From: Candidatus Pacearchaeota archaeon
Lineage (GTDB): Archaea; Nanobdellota; Nanobdellia; Pacearchaeales; GW2011-AR1
NCBI GenBank assembly: GCA_018304175.1
Contig: JAGVWT010000006.1
Location: forward strand, 1-23,597
Length of the DNA stretch: 23,597 nucleotides
Direction: 5' to 3'
Part shown: positions 1 to 8,132 of the stretch, one piece after another
Layout of the letters: every line of letters starts with the position of its first letter
How positions within the stretch are numbered: the first letter of the stretch is position 1
Position numbers and translations under genes: made by a program
Notes under the pieces: model-generated
Told to the model about the DNA's origin: nothing
Database searches by the model: none
The model's input: the letters and a program-made list of their open reading frames with translations, nothing else

Positions 1-2705
1 CGCCTCATTGCCGCGTGCATGTAAGGGCTTGCAAATAGTCCTTGCGTATTTGAAAAACCTATAAACCTGCAAATAACCCCTGCACAATTATGTGGGGCCA
101 TGCAAACCCCTAACTGCCCAATTAAATCATCTTTTTTTCTAACGTTGTAAAAAGGTTCCATCTCATAGAATCTTACAAGCAAAGAATCAATAAAATTGCA
201 AACCCTAATAAAAACATCATCAGCTTTTTCATCTCCCGACTCTGGGCATGATGGAAGAATAACATCATGAGGCTTCAGTTCAAGAATTTGTTCTTTATCC
301 AAAAGTTTTTTTCCCAAATAATCTTTTTCATAACCAAGTTCCATCAACCTTTCAATACTTACTGAAATTTCTTTCGGTTTAAAATGAGTTATTGGAAGTT
401 CTGTTGCATCAAACCTAATCGTCCCGTCTTTATTTACCTGTAAATTATACATCGCACGCAAAATTCCTTTTGCTAAATGTTCTATCTTATGTTCTGCAGA
501 AGAAGTTCCTTTAACACCTTTAATCAAGATTGGTACATCATTTTTTTTGATTCCAAGCTTCAAAAGTGTTTTTTCAAAATAGTGATTTATGTCTATGGTT
601 TTATTTGAATATTGAAATGATTTTTCATGTTCACTACATCTTTCAAAAAAACTTTTCCCACATTGTGGACAATAAAATTTTTTTCTTGTTCTGGAATTAC
701 ATTCTTCACAAACAGAGAATATTGTTTCTTTATTGCATTTTTCACAGTAAAAAATTGGAAAATCGCTTCTTATCTTCCCTATACTGCAAGCATCATTAAT
801 ACTCCTAAACCTTCCCCCTTCAGCACCGACAGGAAATAATATATTTGGGCTTCCAACAAGTTTTCTTAATTTTGCCTTCTCCGGCCTTCCCATTCTCGCC
901 CCAATAAAATCACCTGCCTTGTCTTTTATTTCAAATTCAGAAACAGAATTTATAATTTCGAGAACTTTTAAATTCTGTTTGAAGTCATTTATATTTATTT
1001 TATCCTTTAATTCAAAACTTTCTTTCTCAAGTAAATTAAAATCAATTCCTAAATTAACAAACAGCGCTTTACTCATTTCTTTTGTAAGGATAACATTTTC
1101 TATTGTAACATCATGCTCAACACCCAGAAGTTCAAGCGCTCTCTTTCCTTTAGCAAATTTTTCTTGTGAGTGTTTATCGTATGGGAAAATTATTTTTCCG
1201 TCCGCCCTCGAATGCAACAACCATTCAATCAAACCAAGTAAATCCTCTTTGGAAATTTGTGTCCAATAAAAAATAAATTTTGGATGAAGAGGTATTTTGT
1301 GATTTTTACTTAAATCAACAGCTTCTTCAAAAGAAAGATTAAAATGATCGGTTTTTAAATCCAGATTCTTTTCCATTAATTCTAATTTCCACCATTCTTC
1401 AACATAACCTGGTTTTATCAACTCATGATTTCTGTTACTTAAATCTCCTAACGAAAATAAAATATCACCTAAATAGATTATTTCTTCAACATCTGGATAA
1501 AATTTTTTCGCCTCTTCTTTGCTTTTTATTTTTTTTACACTTCCATTAAAAAGTTTTACAGTTGGCCCTTCTAAATCGTCGCTGGAAGTAATCACACAGC
1601 CTTTAGTTGGCTTTTCTATTTTTAACTGAGTTCCTGTTGCTATAAATGAGTCTGTTATCGCCATTGTTGCAGGATGCATAGAAGTAGCACTGAAACCACT
1701 AACTCTGCTCCTACCATACCTAAATCTAAATGCTCCTGACGCAGAAGGATGTCCGAAAACAGGTCTGCCGGCAACTAAATCATTAAGATAAGTTGGACCT
1801 GCATTCTTGTCACTTCCAGAATCTCTTCTTTTGTGTATTTCAATATATTCATCTAAAAAATCCCAAGAGCTTATTTTAAATCCTTTTTTCTTTAAGTCGG
1901 AAATATATCTTTTTATTTTCTGGGCTTTTTGTGCAACCCCCTCTGCAAGAGTCAAACAAAATCCACCACGTATAGAATTCGTCTCAATTCTAGCAAGATT
2001 TTTGTAATTCGATACTTCTGATTTCTCGGTAGCGTCCCCATTTATCTGAACAGGAATATTCTTAGCCAAGAATAAAGCTTCCTCTTCCGTCGGCATATAC
2101 TGTAAATTAGTTACTCTTTCATGATAATTAACCAACTCGATATAGCTTCTTTTTATTTCCTCTTCTGTAGGATCGTATTTTTCAAAACCGAACATTTCTC
2201 TCAAATAATCAACTATTAATAATGAAAATGCGGCCCCTGTTCCCCCTGCACTTCGTATTGGTCCTGAAAAATAGGGTGAGAAATATCCTTTTCCTTCTTT
2301 TGTTTTTAAAATTTTTATTCTAGTAAATCCCTCGATAGGGCTTGACACAACACCAAGTGTACTGTATGCAAATCCGACTCTAACACCTGCTTCAATCGCT
2401 TCAACGACGTTTGAAAATTTACAGAATTTTTCTTTCGCAACTTCCTCTGCAATCTTCATTGAAACCCCAGGATCTAATTTACCATATTCTTTTTCTAATG
2501 CAAGAATCCTTGCAGCAATCCCAGAGCCAGAAATTTGAGGGTAAACAGAAGCTATTAATCCTTCAACTTTTTCAGCAAGGCTTCTTGCCAAAGGTATTTC
2601 AACTTTATCAGCAGGATCATAACCTTTTTTTCTTGCTTCATTCATAATATCATAAACGTGCTTCACGTTTTTTTCCAAATCCTGAAAATATTCTTGAGTG
2701 TTCAT
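1..2705 (-). CDS. polC: DNA polymerase D large subunit DP2 (partial, runs off the left edge)
   Basis: Not in the ORF track. Translated by hand from ATG at 2705: MNTQEYFQDLEKNV...GPIRSAGGT...AGRPVFGHP...GFSNTQGLFASPYMHAAMR; frame spot-checked at start, about 1800 and window edge. These are conserved DP2 motifs. Confidence 0.97.
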   Translation of the reverse strand, partial: MNTQEYFQDLEKNVKHVYDIMNEARKKGYDPADKVEIPLARSLAEKVEGLIASVYPQISGSGIAARILALEKEYGKLDPGVSMKIAEEVAKEKFCKFSNVVEAIEAGVRVGFAYSTLGVVSSPIEGFTRIKILKTKEGKGYFSPYFSGPIRSAGGTGAAFSLLIVDYLREMFGFEKYDPTEEEIKRSYIELVNYHERVTNLQYMPTEEEALFLAKNIPVQINGDATEKSEVSNYKNLARIETNSIRGGFCLTLAEGVAQKAQKIKRYISDLKKKGFKISSWDFLDEYIEIHKRRDSGSDKNAGPTYLNDLVAGRPVFGHPSASGAFRFRYGRSRVSGFSATSMHPATMAITDSFIATGTQLKIEKPTKGCVITSSDDLEGPTVKLFNGSVKKIKSKEEAKKFYPDVEEIIYLGDILFSLGDLSNRNHELIKPGYVEEWWKLELMEKNLDLKTDHFNLSFEEAVDLSKNHKIPLHPKFIFYWTQISKEDLLGLIEWLLHSRADGKIIFPYDKHSQEKFAKGKRALELLGVEHDVTIENVILTKEMSKALFVNLGIDFNLLEKESFELKDKININDFKQNLKVLEIINSVSEFEIKDKAGDFIGARMGRPEKAKLRKLVGSPNILFPVGAEGGRFRSINDACSIGKIRSDFPIFYCEKCNKETIFSVCEECNSRTRKKFYCPQCGKSFFERCSEHEKSFQYSNKTIDINHYFEKTLLKLGIKKNDVPILIKGVKGTSSAEHKIEHLAKGILRAMYNLQVNKDGTIRFDATELPITHFKPKEISVSIERLMELGYEKDYLGKKLLDKEQILELKPHDVILPSCPESGDEKADDVFIRVCNFIDSLLVRFYEMEPFYNVRKKDDLIGQLGVCMAPHNCAGVICRFIGFSNTQGLFASPYMHAAMR

Positions 2706-3290
2706 TTAAACTAAATATTGTCTAACTTCTTTAAGATTATTTATTCTCGATATATTCTGATGGCCATTATAACTATTATTCCAAGGTTTATTCAAAAGAA
2801 AAACTTTAATTCCCCTACTAGCGCAATCGAGAGCAAAATCCATATGATCATCAATTAAAATTTCACACTCATTTTTCAAACATAAATCTGACTTATTTGT
2901 TCCAAAACCGTAGCCGTGTTTTGATACATAATTAGAAAAGTGTACTTCTGAAAAATAACCGGGAAAAAATTTTTCCAGCCATGAAGTGGTCTTCGTCCTA
3001 ATTAAATCTGGTCTGCCAGTTATTGCTACAAATTTATTTTCTTTTGCTAATAACCTGACGGCATCAACAGAGTCTTCAATAGGAGACACATCATCAAAAA
3101 ACATAGAGTCATAATAATCCAATAATCTATGGACTACCTCTTCCCTATCAACTTTCCAAATTTTCTCCAAATTAAAACAAAAAACATTTTCCACAGTTAA
3201 GTTCGTGCCATAATTGTGATTATGAAAATCCATCAAAGGACCCATGTTTTCCGCTAAAACACCATCAATATCAATCCCTATTTTTTTCAT
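2706..3290 (-). CDS. HAD-superfamily 5'(3')-deoxyribonucleotidase-like protein (NT5C-like)
   Basis: N-terminal HAD motif I IGIDIDGVLA, ITGR motif II, ILIDDH motif IV, C-terminal PWN; stop codon directly abuts the DP2 ATG. Confidence 0.8.
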   Translation of the reverse strand: MKKIGIDIDGVLAENMGPLMDFHNHNYGTNLTVENVFCFNLEKIWKVDREEVVHRLLDYYDSMFFDDVSPIEDSVDAVRLLAKENKFVAITGRPDLIRTKTTSWLEKFFPGYFSEVHFSNYVSKHGYGFGTNKSDLCLKNECEILIDDHMDFALDCASRGIKVFLLNKPWNNSYNGHQNISRINNLKEVRQYLV

Positions 3291-3305
3291 TTCAGTTTTT
3301 AATTT

Positions 3306-4934
3306 TTAATTATAAATCTCCAAAACATCTTTCTTATTTTCTTTTTTCTTCAAGCTGTCTTCTTCATCATAAAAATCTAAGATTTTTACCTGCCCTGTCT
3401 TCAAATTAAACATTGGAACTTTACAATAATCTGATTCAAACCCCATTTTTTCCTGATAAGGCATTAACTCTTCCCAACAGGTTGTTGATAAAAGTAAGAT
3501 ATTTTTGTAATATAAAACCCCCCCTTTATGAGTATGTCCCGAGACAAAAATATCCGGAACTACTTTAATTATTAAATCATTATCTGTAAATGGTAATGTT
3601 TGAACGAAAGTATTATGTGTAGGACCTAAATGCCTGTTTTTTAGCAAGTAAGCCATTATTTTTTCGGGGTTTAATGGGGAGCCTCGAGTCATTAAACTTG
3701 GGATTGTATTTACATAATAAGGATATGAAAAACCATGATAGGTAAGGATATTAAATCCAGGAAAATCTCCTCTTTCCCCAATATTTATCAGAGATGGATT
3801 TGAAGCATGAATCACATTCTCCATTTCATATAGTGGTTTTGCATATTTCTCGTCGAGAATTGGTTGCGGCTCCATCAACCTGACGCAATCGTGATTTCCC
3901 GGAATGATTATTATCTTTATGTCTTTTCTTATTTTCCCTAGCAATTCAGCGGCTTTTTCGTATTGTCTTTTTAAATCAACTATGGCCAACTCTTTTTCCT
4001 GATTTGGATAAACACCAACTCCTGCAACTAAATCACCAACAATAAAAAGATATTTTATTTTTTTTGCTTCTTCAAATTCAGGTGTTTCCAAATTTAGATA
4101 ATCTATGAATTTCAAAAGATTCTTTTCAAGAAAAAGTCTGCTTCCCACATGCACATCACTGATAAAAACAACTGATTCATCTATGGGGGATTTTTTCCTT
4201 ATAGGAAGAGAGGCGTCGGGAAAAATAACATCATTTGCAAAAAAAATCTCTTTGTTGCTGAAACCTTTAAATCCGATTACAGAATCCAAAGAAATATCTT
4301 CCGCTTTAGAGTAAGTATCTTCTTTATTTTTGTTTATCAAGACTTTTAATCTTCCAGTGATATCTTCCACTTCCAAAATTATGTTTCCATTTTTTGTAAT
4401 ATTTTTACCATAAACCAAACCTATAATTGAAGCAGCTTGCCTCATGCCAGACAGCTTACTTATAGAAACTAAATTTTCCAATTCGTTTTTATCCTGTAAG
4501 AATTTCTTCATTTCTATAACTCTATTTTTGAAATAATTTGTAAAGTCATCAACTTCAATCTTTTTATTATGTGGGGAAAAAAAAGGGTATACTTTAACTT
4601 TGTCATCAATCTTCATTTTCTCCTTATCTAGCTCAGAAATTTCTATATTTTCTCTGGTATTTTCATTTGAAATTTCAATACTCAACCCTAGTTGTATCTT
4701 CAATTTTTTTATTGTTTGGTTTTCTTGAGGAAAGGATGATAAAAACTTCTTCGCAACTTTTTCGTTTTCGAAAAAAGTTTTAGTTATAAACCTCTGACCT
4801 GTTTGTTCTTTAATTCTTTCTATAATAAGTTTCACAGACTCAAAGTCGTTTGCATCATTAAAAATCGTAAGGAGACCCTTATCTATTAAAATTCCTTTCC
4901 CAATGCAAAAATTTGAGATTTCTTCAGATTTCAT
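3306..4934 (-). CDS. polB: DNA polymerase D small subunit DP1 (3'-5' exonuclease)
   Basis: OB-fold segment (IIGLVYGK...ILEVEDITG) plus calcineurin-like motifs SDVHVG, GDLVAGVGVYPNQ, PGNHD, YHG, SGHTH; between cdc6 and DP2. Confidence 0.95.
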   Translation of the reverse strand: MKSEEISNFCIGKGILIDKGLLTIFNDANDFESVKLIIERIKEQTGQRFITKTFFENEKVAKKFLSSFPQENQTIKKLKIQLGLSIEISNENTRENIEISELDKEKMKIDDKVKVYPFFSPHNKKIEVDDFTNYFKNRVIEMKKFLQDKNELENLVSISKLSGMRQAASIIGLVYGKNITKNGNIILEVEDITGRLKVLINKNKEDTYSKAEDISLDSVIGFKGFSNKEIFFANDVIFPDASLPIRKKSPIDESVVFISDVHVGSRLFLEKNLLKFIDYLNLETPEFEEAKKIKYLFIVGDLVAGVGVYPNQEKELAIVDLKRQYEKAAELLGKIRKDIKIIIIPGNHDCVRLMEPQPILDEKYAKPLYEMENVIHASNPSLINIGERGDFPGFNILTYHGFSYPYYVNTIPSLMTRGSPLNPEKIMAYLLKNRHLGPTHNTFVQTLPFTDNDLIIKVVPDIFVSGHTHKGGVLYYKNILLLSTTCWEELMPYQEKMGFESDYCKVPMFNLKTGQVKILDFYDEEDSLKKKENKKDVLEIYN

Positions 4935-4949
4935 TTTAAATTATAATTT

Positions 4950-6191
4950 TTATTTTTTAAAATTCAAAGAATCTTCTATTAGTTTCTTTGCTTTATTAAT
5001 GAGGCTTTCAGTTATAGTAAGTTTAATCTCACTCATTCGTCCTCCACGACCTTTCGAGATAATTTTGACATCAATTATTCCCAACATCATAAATTCATGT
5101 ATGATATCATTAACTCTCCTCGAAGTAAGGACTTCAAAATTATTTTGGCTACAAAGCTTTTGGTAATGTCCATAAACTTCACCAGTGAAAACTGTTCCCT
5201 CCCTATTGTTATTCAACAAAGATTTCTGTGGTTTGTTTTTCCTTTCGGCTAAATTGATTATGGAGTAGAGGACGATTTGGAATTGTTTCGGGCTTGTACT
5301 TATAGTTTCCAATATTTTATCACGTTCAATCTTACTGTTTGCTTCATCAATATGTTTTATTGTAATTTTTTTGGAACCGTCCCTTTCAGATAATTCCCCG
5401 GCAATTCTTAACAAGTCCAATGCACGCCTAGCATCACCATGTTCTCTCGCTGCAAATCCCGCACATTTTTCAATAACACCTTCTTGCATAACGCCCTGTT
5501 TAAAAACCTCTTTAGACCTCATTTTCAAAATTTCCCTAAGCTGGACTGCATTATAAGGGGGAAAAACTATCTCTTCCTCTGACAAAGAACTTTTAACCCT
5601 AGGGTCTATATTATCAAGAAAAGTTAAATCATTGCTTATCCCAACAACGCTTAATCTTGTTTTTGAAAGCTCTGAATTGAGTCTTGTTAGGTTATACAAA
5701 AAATTATCAGATATTTTCTTGACTGTTTGATCTATTTCATCTAAGATTAACACAACCAGTTGTTTTTCAGAATCAATCAGTTCTATGAATTTGTTATAAA
5801 CTGACTCTGTAGGTAAACCTGTCGCAGGAATATTTCCTCCAAGCTTTTTTATCAACTCAGCTAAAATTCTGTACTCTGTATCAGAAACTTTTTTCAATTT
5901 GCAGTTGACATATTCTATCCTCAATTTAAAATCAGACCCTTCCTTTACACGATTTATTAAATTTTTTTGTATGTATTGTATTGAAAGAGTTTTTCCTGTT
6001 CCTGTTTTTCCATAAAGGAATAAATTACTTGGTTTTTCGCCCCTAAGAACTGGCGCCAATATAGAAGCTATTTGTTTAATCTCATTATCCCTGTACAGAA
6101 TTTCCTTTGGTACATAGTTCGTCTGAAGAATTGATTTGTCTCTAAATATTACATTTTTACTAAAAGATTCGAAGATACTGTCTAATTCCAT
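4950..6191 (-). CDS. cdc6: Orc1/Cdc6 replication initiator
   Basis: Walker A GKTGTGKT, Walker B LDEID, sensor-2 HGDARRALDLL, C-terminal winged helix (KGRGGR); GGAGG-type RBS just upstream. Confidence 0.97.
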   Translation of the reverse strand: MELDSIFESFSKNVIFRDKSILQTNYVPKEILYRDNEIKQIASILAPVLRGEKPSNLFLYGKTGTGKTLSIQYIQKNLINRVKEGSDFKLRIEYVNCKLKKVSDTEYRILAELIKKLGGNIPATGLPTESVYNKFIELIDSEKQLVVLILDEIDQTVKKISDNFLYNLTRLNSELSKTRLSVVGISNDLTFLDNIDPRVKSSLSEEEIVFPPYNAVQLREILKMRSKEVFKQGVMQEGVIEKCAGFAAREHGDARRALDLLRIAGELSERDGSKKITIKHIDEANSKIERDKILETISTSPKQFQIVLYSIINLAERKNKPQKSLLNNNREGTVFTGEVYGHYQKLCSQNNFEVLTSRRVNDIIHEFMMLGIIDVKIISKGRGGRMSEIKLTITESLINKAKKLIEDSLNFKK

Positions 6192-6310
6192 TTTGAATAT
6201 AAATTTTCCTCCTTTTTATTTGAAATTTTTTCTCGCTTTTCACCTCAACTTTGTTTTTAAACATTTTACTTATTAAATTTTAGTTGAGTTGAAGTTTTTA
6301 CTTAAACTAT

Positions 6311-6331
6311 CACCTCTATTTCCTATAGAGG
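6311..6331 (-). promoter_or_regulatory. ORB-like box (degenerate)
   Basis: Minus strand CCTCTATAGGAAATAGAGGTG, 14/21 identical to the box at 8660-8680; also an 8-bp inverted repeat (6312-6319/6325-6332). Confidence 0.5.
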
Positions 6332-6415
6332 TACATAAAATAAAAAACTTTCAGACGGTTTAGAATGAATTAAGTATAAAAAAGGTTATAACTACTAACA
6401 AAGAATAAACCTGTT

Positions 6416-6429
6416 TTTCCTATGGAAAT
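6416..6429 (-). promoter_or_regulatory. mini-ORB-like box
   Basis: Minus strand ATTTCCATAGGAAA with a TTTCC-N3-GGAAA dyad; identical over 14 bp to 8659-8672; no G-string. Confidence 0.6.
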
Positions 6430-6479
6430 TTGTTTTTGTGAAACTTGTTTTTGTAGACCTACAGAAAACTAGTTTGTGG

Positions 6480-6544
6480 AAAACTGTTTTTATGGGTTAG
6501 TAGAAGAGGTGTAGGTCAGTAAAAACTGTTTTTATGGGTTAGTA
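6480..6544 (+). repeat. 23-bp perfect direct repeat, 2 copies, 42-bp period
   Basis: AAAACTGTTTTTATGGGTTAGTA at 6480-6502 and 6522-6544. Confidence 0.95.
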
Positions 6545-6671
6545 TTTTTGTTATAAGATATTTTAAAATGTTTTTAGATATAAATACTACAACCTAGAAA
6601 GATACTCATATATAATATATAAAATACAAAAATATATTTAGATTGGGTGTTATGATATATAAAAAATATAA

Positions 6672-6720
6672 TATATAGTATAGTATATAGTATAGTATAG
6701 TATATAGTATAGTATATATA
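6672..6720 (+). repeat. TATAG/TATATAG tandem array in the AT-rich core (candidate DNA-unwinding element)
   Basis: tatatag-tatag-tatatag-tatag-tatag-tatatag-tatag-tatatata. Confidence 0.85.
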
Positions 6721-6772
6721 ATTTTATAAATAAATAATAAATATAAAAAATTTGTGATTTTCTTTTTAAATC

Positions 6773-6793
6773 TTTCTACAAGAAACAAAGGAG
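6773..6793 (+). promoter_or_regulatory. ORB-like box (degenerate)
   Basis: TTTCTACAAGAAACAAAGGAG, 16/21 identical to 8660-8680; opposite orientation to the boxes at 6311 and 6416. Confidence 0.55.
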
Positions 6794-6895
6794 AGAGAAT
6801 ATAACCGGAAAGAGAGAGTATAAAGGGAATTAACTCTTTCTTTCAAACCACTTAAATTTTTACTTTATGTCTCTTTTTTAATGTATATTCATTTT

Positions 6896-6913
6896 TACAG
6901 AAAAATTTATAAG
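6896..6913 (+). promoter_or_regulatory. BRE-TATA promoter of the PRC-barrel gene
   Basis: TACAGAAAAATTTATAAG (purine-rich BRE plus TTTATAA); AGGTGA RBS at 6943-6948 before ATG 6959. Confidence 0.7.
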
Positions 6914-6958
6914 CAAGATATCTCTAAAATTAAATAAAAACAAGGTGATTTTTACAAA

Positions 6959-7216
6959 ATGCCAGAAAGGAACCCATATACATCGCTTGCAGGGAAAATG
7001 ATTGTAACAAAAGAAGGTAAAAGAATGGGGTTTGTTAAAGACCTTACTTTTGAAACAGGTTCTGGAGAAGTGATAAATATTATTGTTAAAGATTCAACAC
7101 TCTACACAAAGAACCTTAATTTGGAAAAAACAAACTCAAACGAGATGCTTATTCCCTACAATTCAATAATTGCTGTTGGCGATTTTATAGTTGTTTCAGA
7201 GGAAGATTTAATATAA
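6959..7216 (+). CDS. Small PRC-barrel domain protein (CdpB-like size)
   Basis: GKMIVTKEGKRMGFVKDLTFETGSGEVINIIV...LIPYNSIIAVGDFIVV matches the PRC-barrel pattern; good RBS. Confidence 0.8.
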   Translation: MPERNPYTSLAGKMIVTKEGKRMGFVKDLTFETGSGEVINIIVKDSTLYTKNLNLEKTNSNEMLIPYNSIIAVGDFIVVSEEDLI

Positions 7217-7235
7217 AGGGAGAATTCTTATCAAA

Positions 7236-7418
7236 ATGGTTGAAAATGACGCAAGACTTAATGTAAGGTATTATGAATTAATAGGTGAATTAATAGGTGA
7301 ATTAATAGGTGAATTAATAGGTGAATTAATAGGTAAATCAACAAAAGAAAGTGCTTCTTCTTCCACCCAGAAACAACTAATAAACAAAAATTTAAAAATG
7401 CCTTTTCTTAATAAGTAA
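7236..7418 (+). CDS. Possible 60-aa protein containing (ELIG)x5
   Basis: Fills the gap between two genes with operon-like spacing (stop 1 nt before next ATG); no recognisable family. Confidence 0.3.
   Translation: MVENDARLNVRYYELIGELIGELIGELIGELIGKSTKESASSSTQKQLINKNLKMPFLNK
7275..7334 (+). repeat. 12-bp perfect tandem repeat x5
   Basis: GAATTAATAGGT at 7275, 7287, 7299, 7311 and 7323. Confidence 0.98.
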
Positions 7419-7419
7419 A

Positions 7420-7830
7420 ATGAAAGTAATAGGTTTCAACTTTAACAAAATCAGTGTTGAGAAGAAGTCAGATAAGTTTGAGAATATGAAGATACATAAC
7501 GATATCTCTATAGCCAGTGTTAAGCAAATAAAGTCGCAAAGCCCATTTCAGACAAAAGACGACATTTTAGAGCTGGGTTTTAATTATGACTTGACTTACT
7601 CTCCAGACATTGCAAAAATTTCCCTTTCTGGAACAATGATTCTCATGGTTGAACAAAAAGTGACAAAAGAGTTTATGAAAAGGTGGAAAAATAAAAAAGT
7701 CCCTGAAGAATACAAAATATTGATATTTAATGTTATACTTAAAAAATCAAACCTTCGCGCAGTCCAGCTTGAAGACGAGTTGAACATTCCAATACATATC
7801 CCTCTTCCTACTGCAAGGGATAGCAAATAA
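7420..7830 (+). CDS. Hypothetical protein, possible SecB-like fold
   Basis: 136 aa, beta-rich N-terminal part, then a helix ending in NIPIHIPLP, which recalls the SecB C-terminal P-rich motif. CDS is solid; fold is tentative. Confidence 0.55.
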   Translation: MKVIGFNFNKISVEKKSDKFENMKIHNDISIASVKQIKSQSPFQTKDDILELGFNYDLTYSPDIAKISLSGTMILMVEQKVTKEFMKRWKNKKVPEEYKILIFNVILKKSNLRAVQLEDELNIPIHIPLPTARDSK

Positions 7831-7854
7831 TTTTTCTAATATCCAAATATAAAT

Positions 7855-8096
7855 ATGGAATCCAAAATAAGACCTTATGATATTTTGCCACTATAAATGC
7901 CCAAAGAGATGATATCCCTGGAAATATTGAACTAAGATGTTATTTTGCAGATCTTGTTGGAGAGCCAAAGATAAATCCCAGAGATTCTGTTTATGAGTCC
8001 CTTTGGATAAATAAAAATTGGAAAGAGAAAAATTACAAGCTTTCAACATCGTTTGAGAAATTAATGTACCTTCTTGTAGCGAAAGAGCACCTCTAA
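7855..8096 (+). pseudogene. Frameshifted, 5'-truncated gene remnant, possibly NUDIX C-terminal half
   Basis: MESKIRPYDI (ATG 7855) joins an open frame FATINAQRDDIPGNIELRCYFADLVGEPKINP...LWI...EHL* (7884-8096) if one T is added to the T4 run at 7883-7886; no Nudix box present. Confidence 0.35.
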
Positions 8097-8132
8097 CCTA
8101 AAATTTATATAACTTTGTTTGGATATTCATTT

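Larger units (their letters stand above)
6192..6958. other. Putative replication origin (oriC)
   Basis: 767-bp non-coding region directly upstream of cdc6 with ORB-like boxes in opposite orientations around a very AT-rich tract (about 6545-6770). Confidence 0.75.

Noticed and set aside
1-20. Possible intein in DP2
   Set aside because: The window ends at HAAMR, just before the usual DP2 intein site (RRN/CDGD); nothing can be seen either way. No intein is evident in the visible 901 codons.
566-2647. Plus-strand ORFs (566..799, 627..839, 919..1269, 1807..2007, 2411..2647)
   Set aside because: Antisense shadows of DP2 with no coding signature; the same applies to other antisense ORFs over cdc6, r-protein and ABC genes.
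6606-6788. 60-aa hydrophobic ORF (minus strand)
   Set aside because: Translation of the AT-rich TATAG array in the origin; no RBS, and the composition is an artefact.
6480-7334. CRISPR array
   Set aside because: Only two 23-bp copies with a 19-bp gap, and the 12-bp repeats have no spacers; no cas genes.
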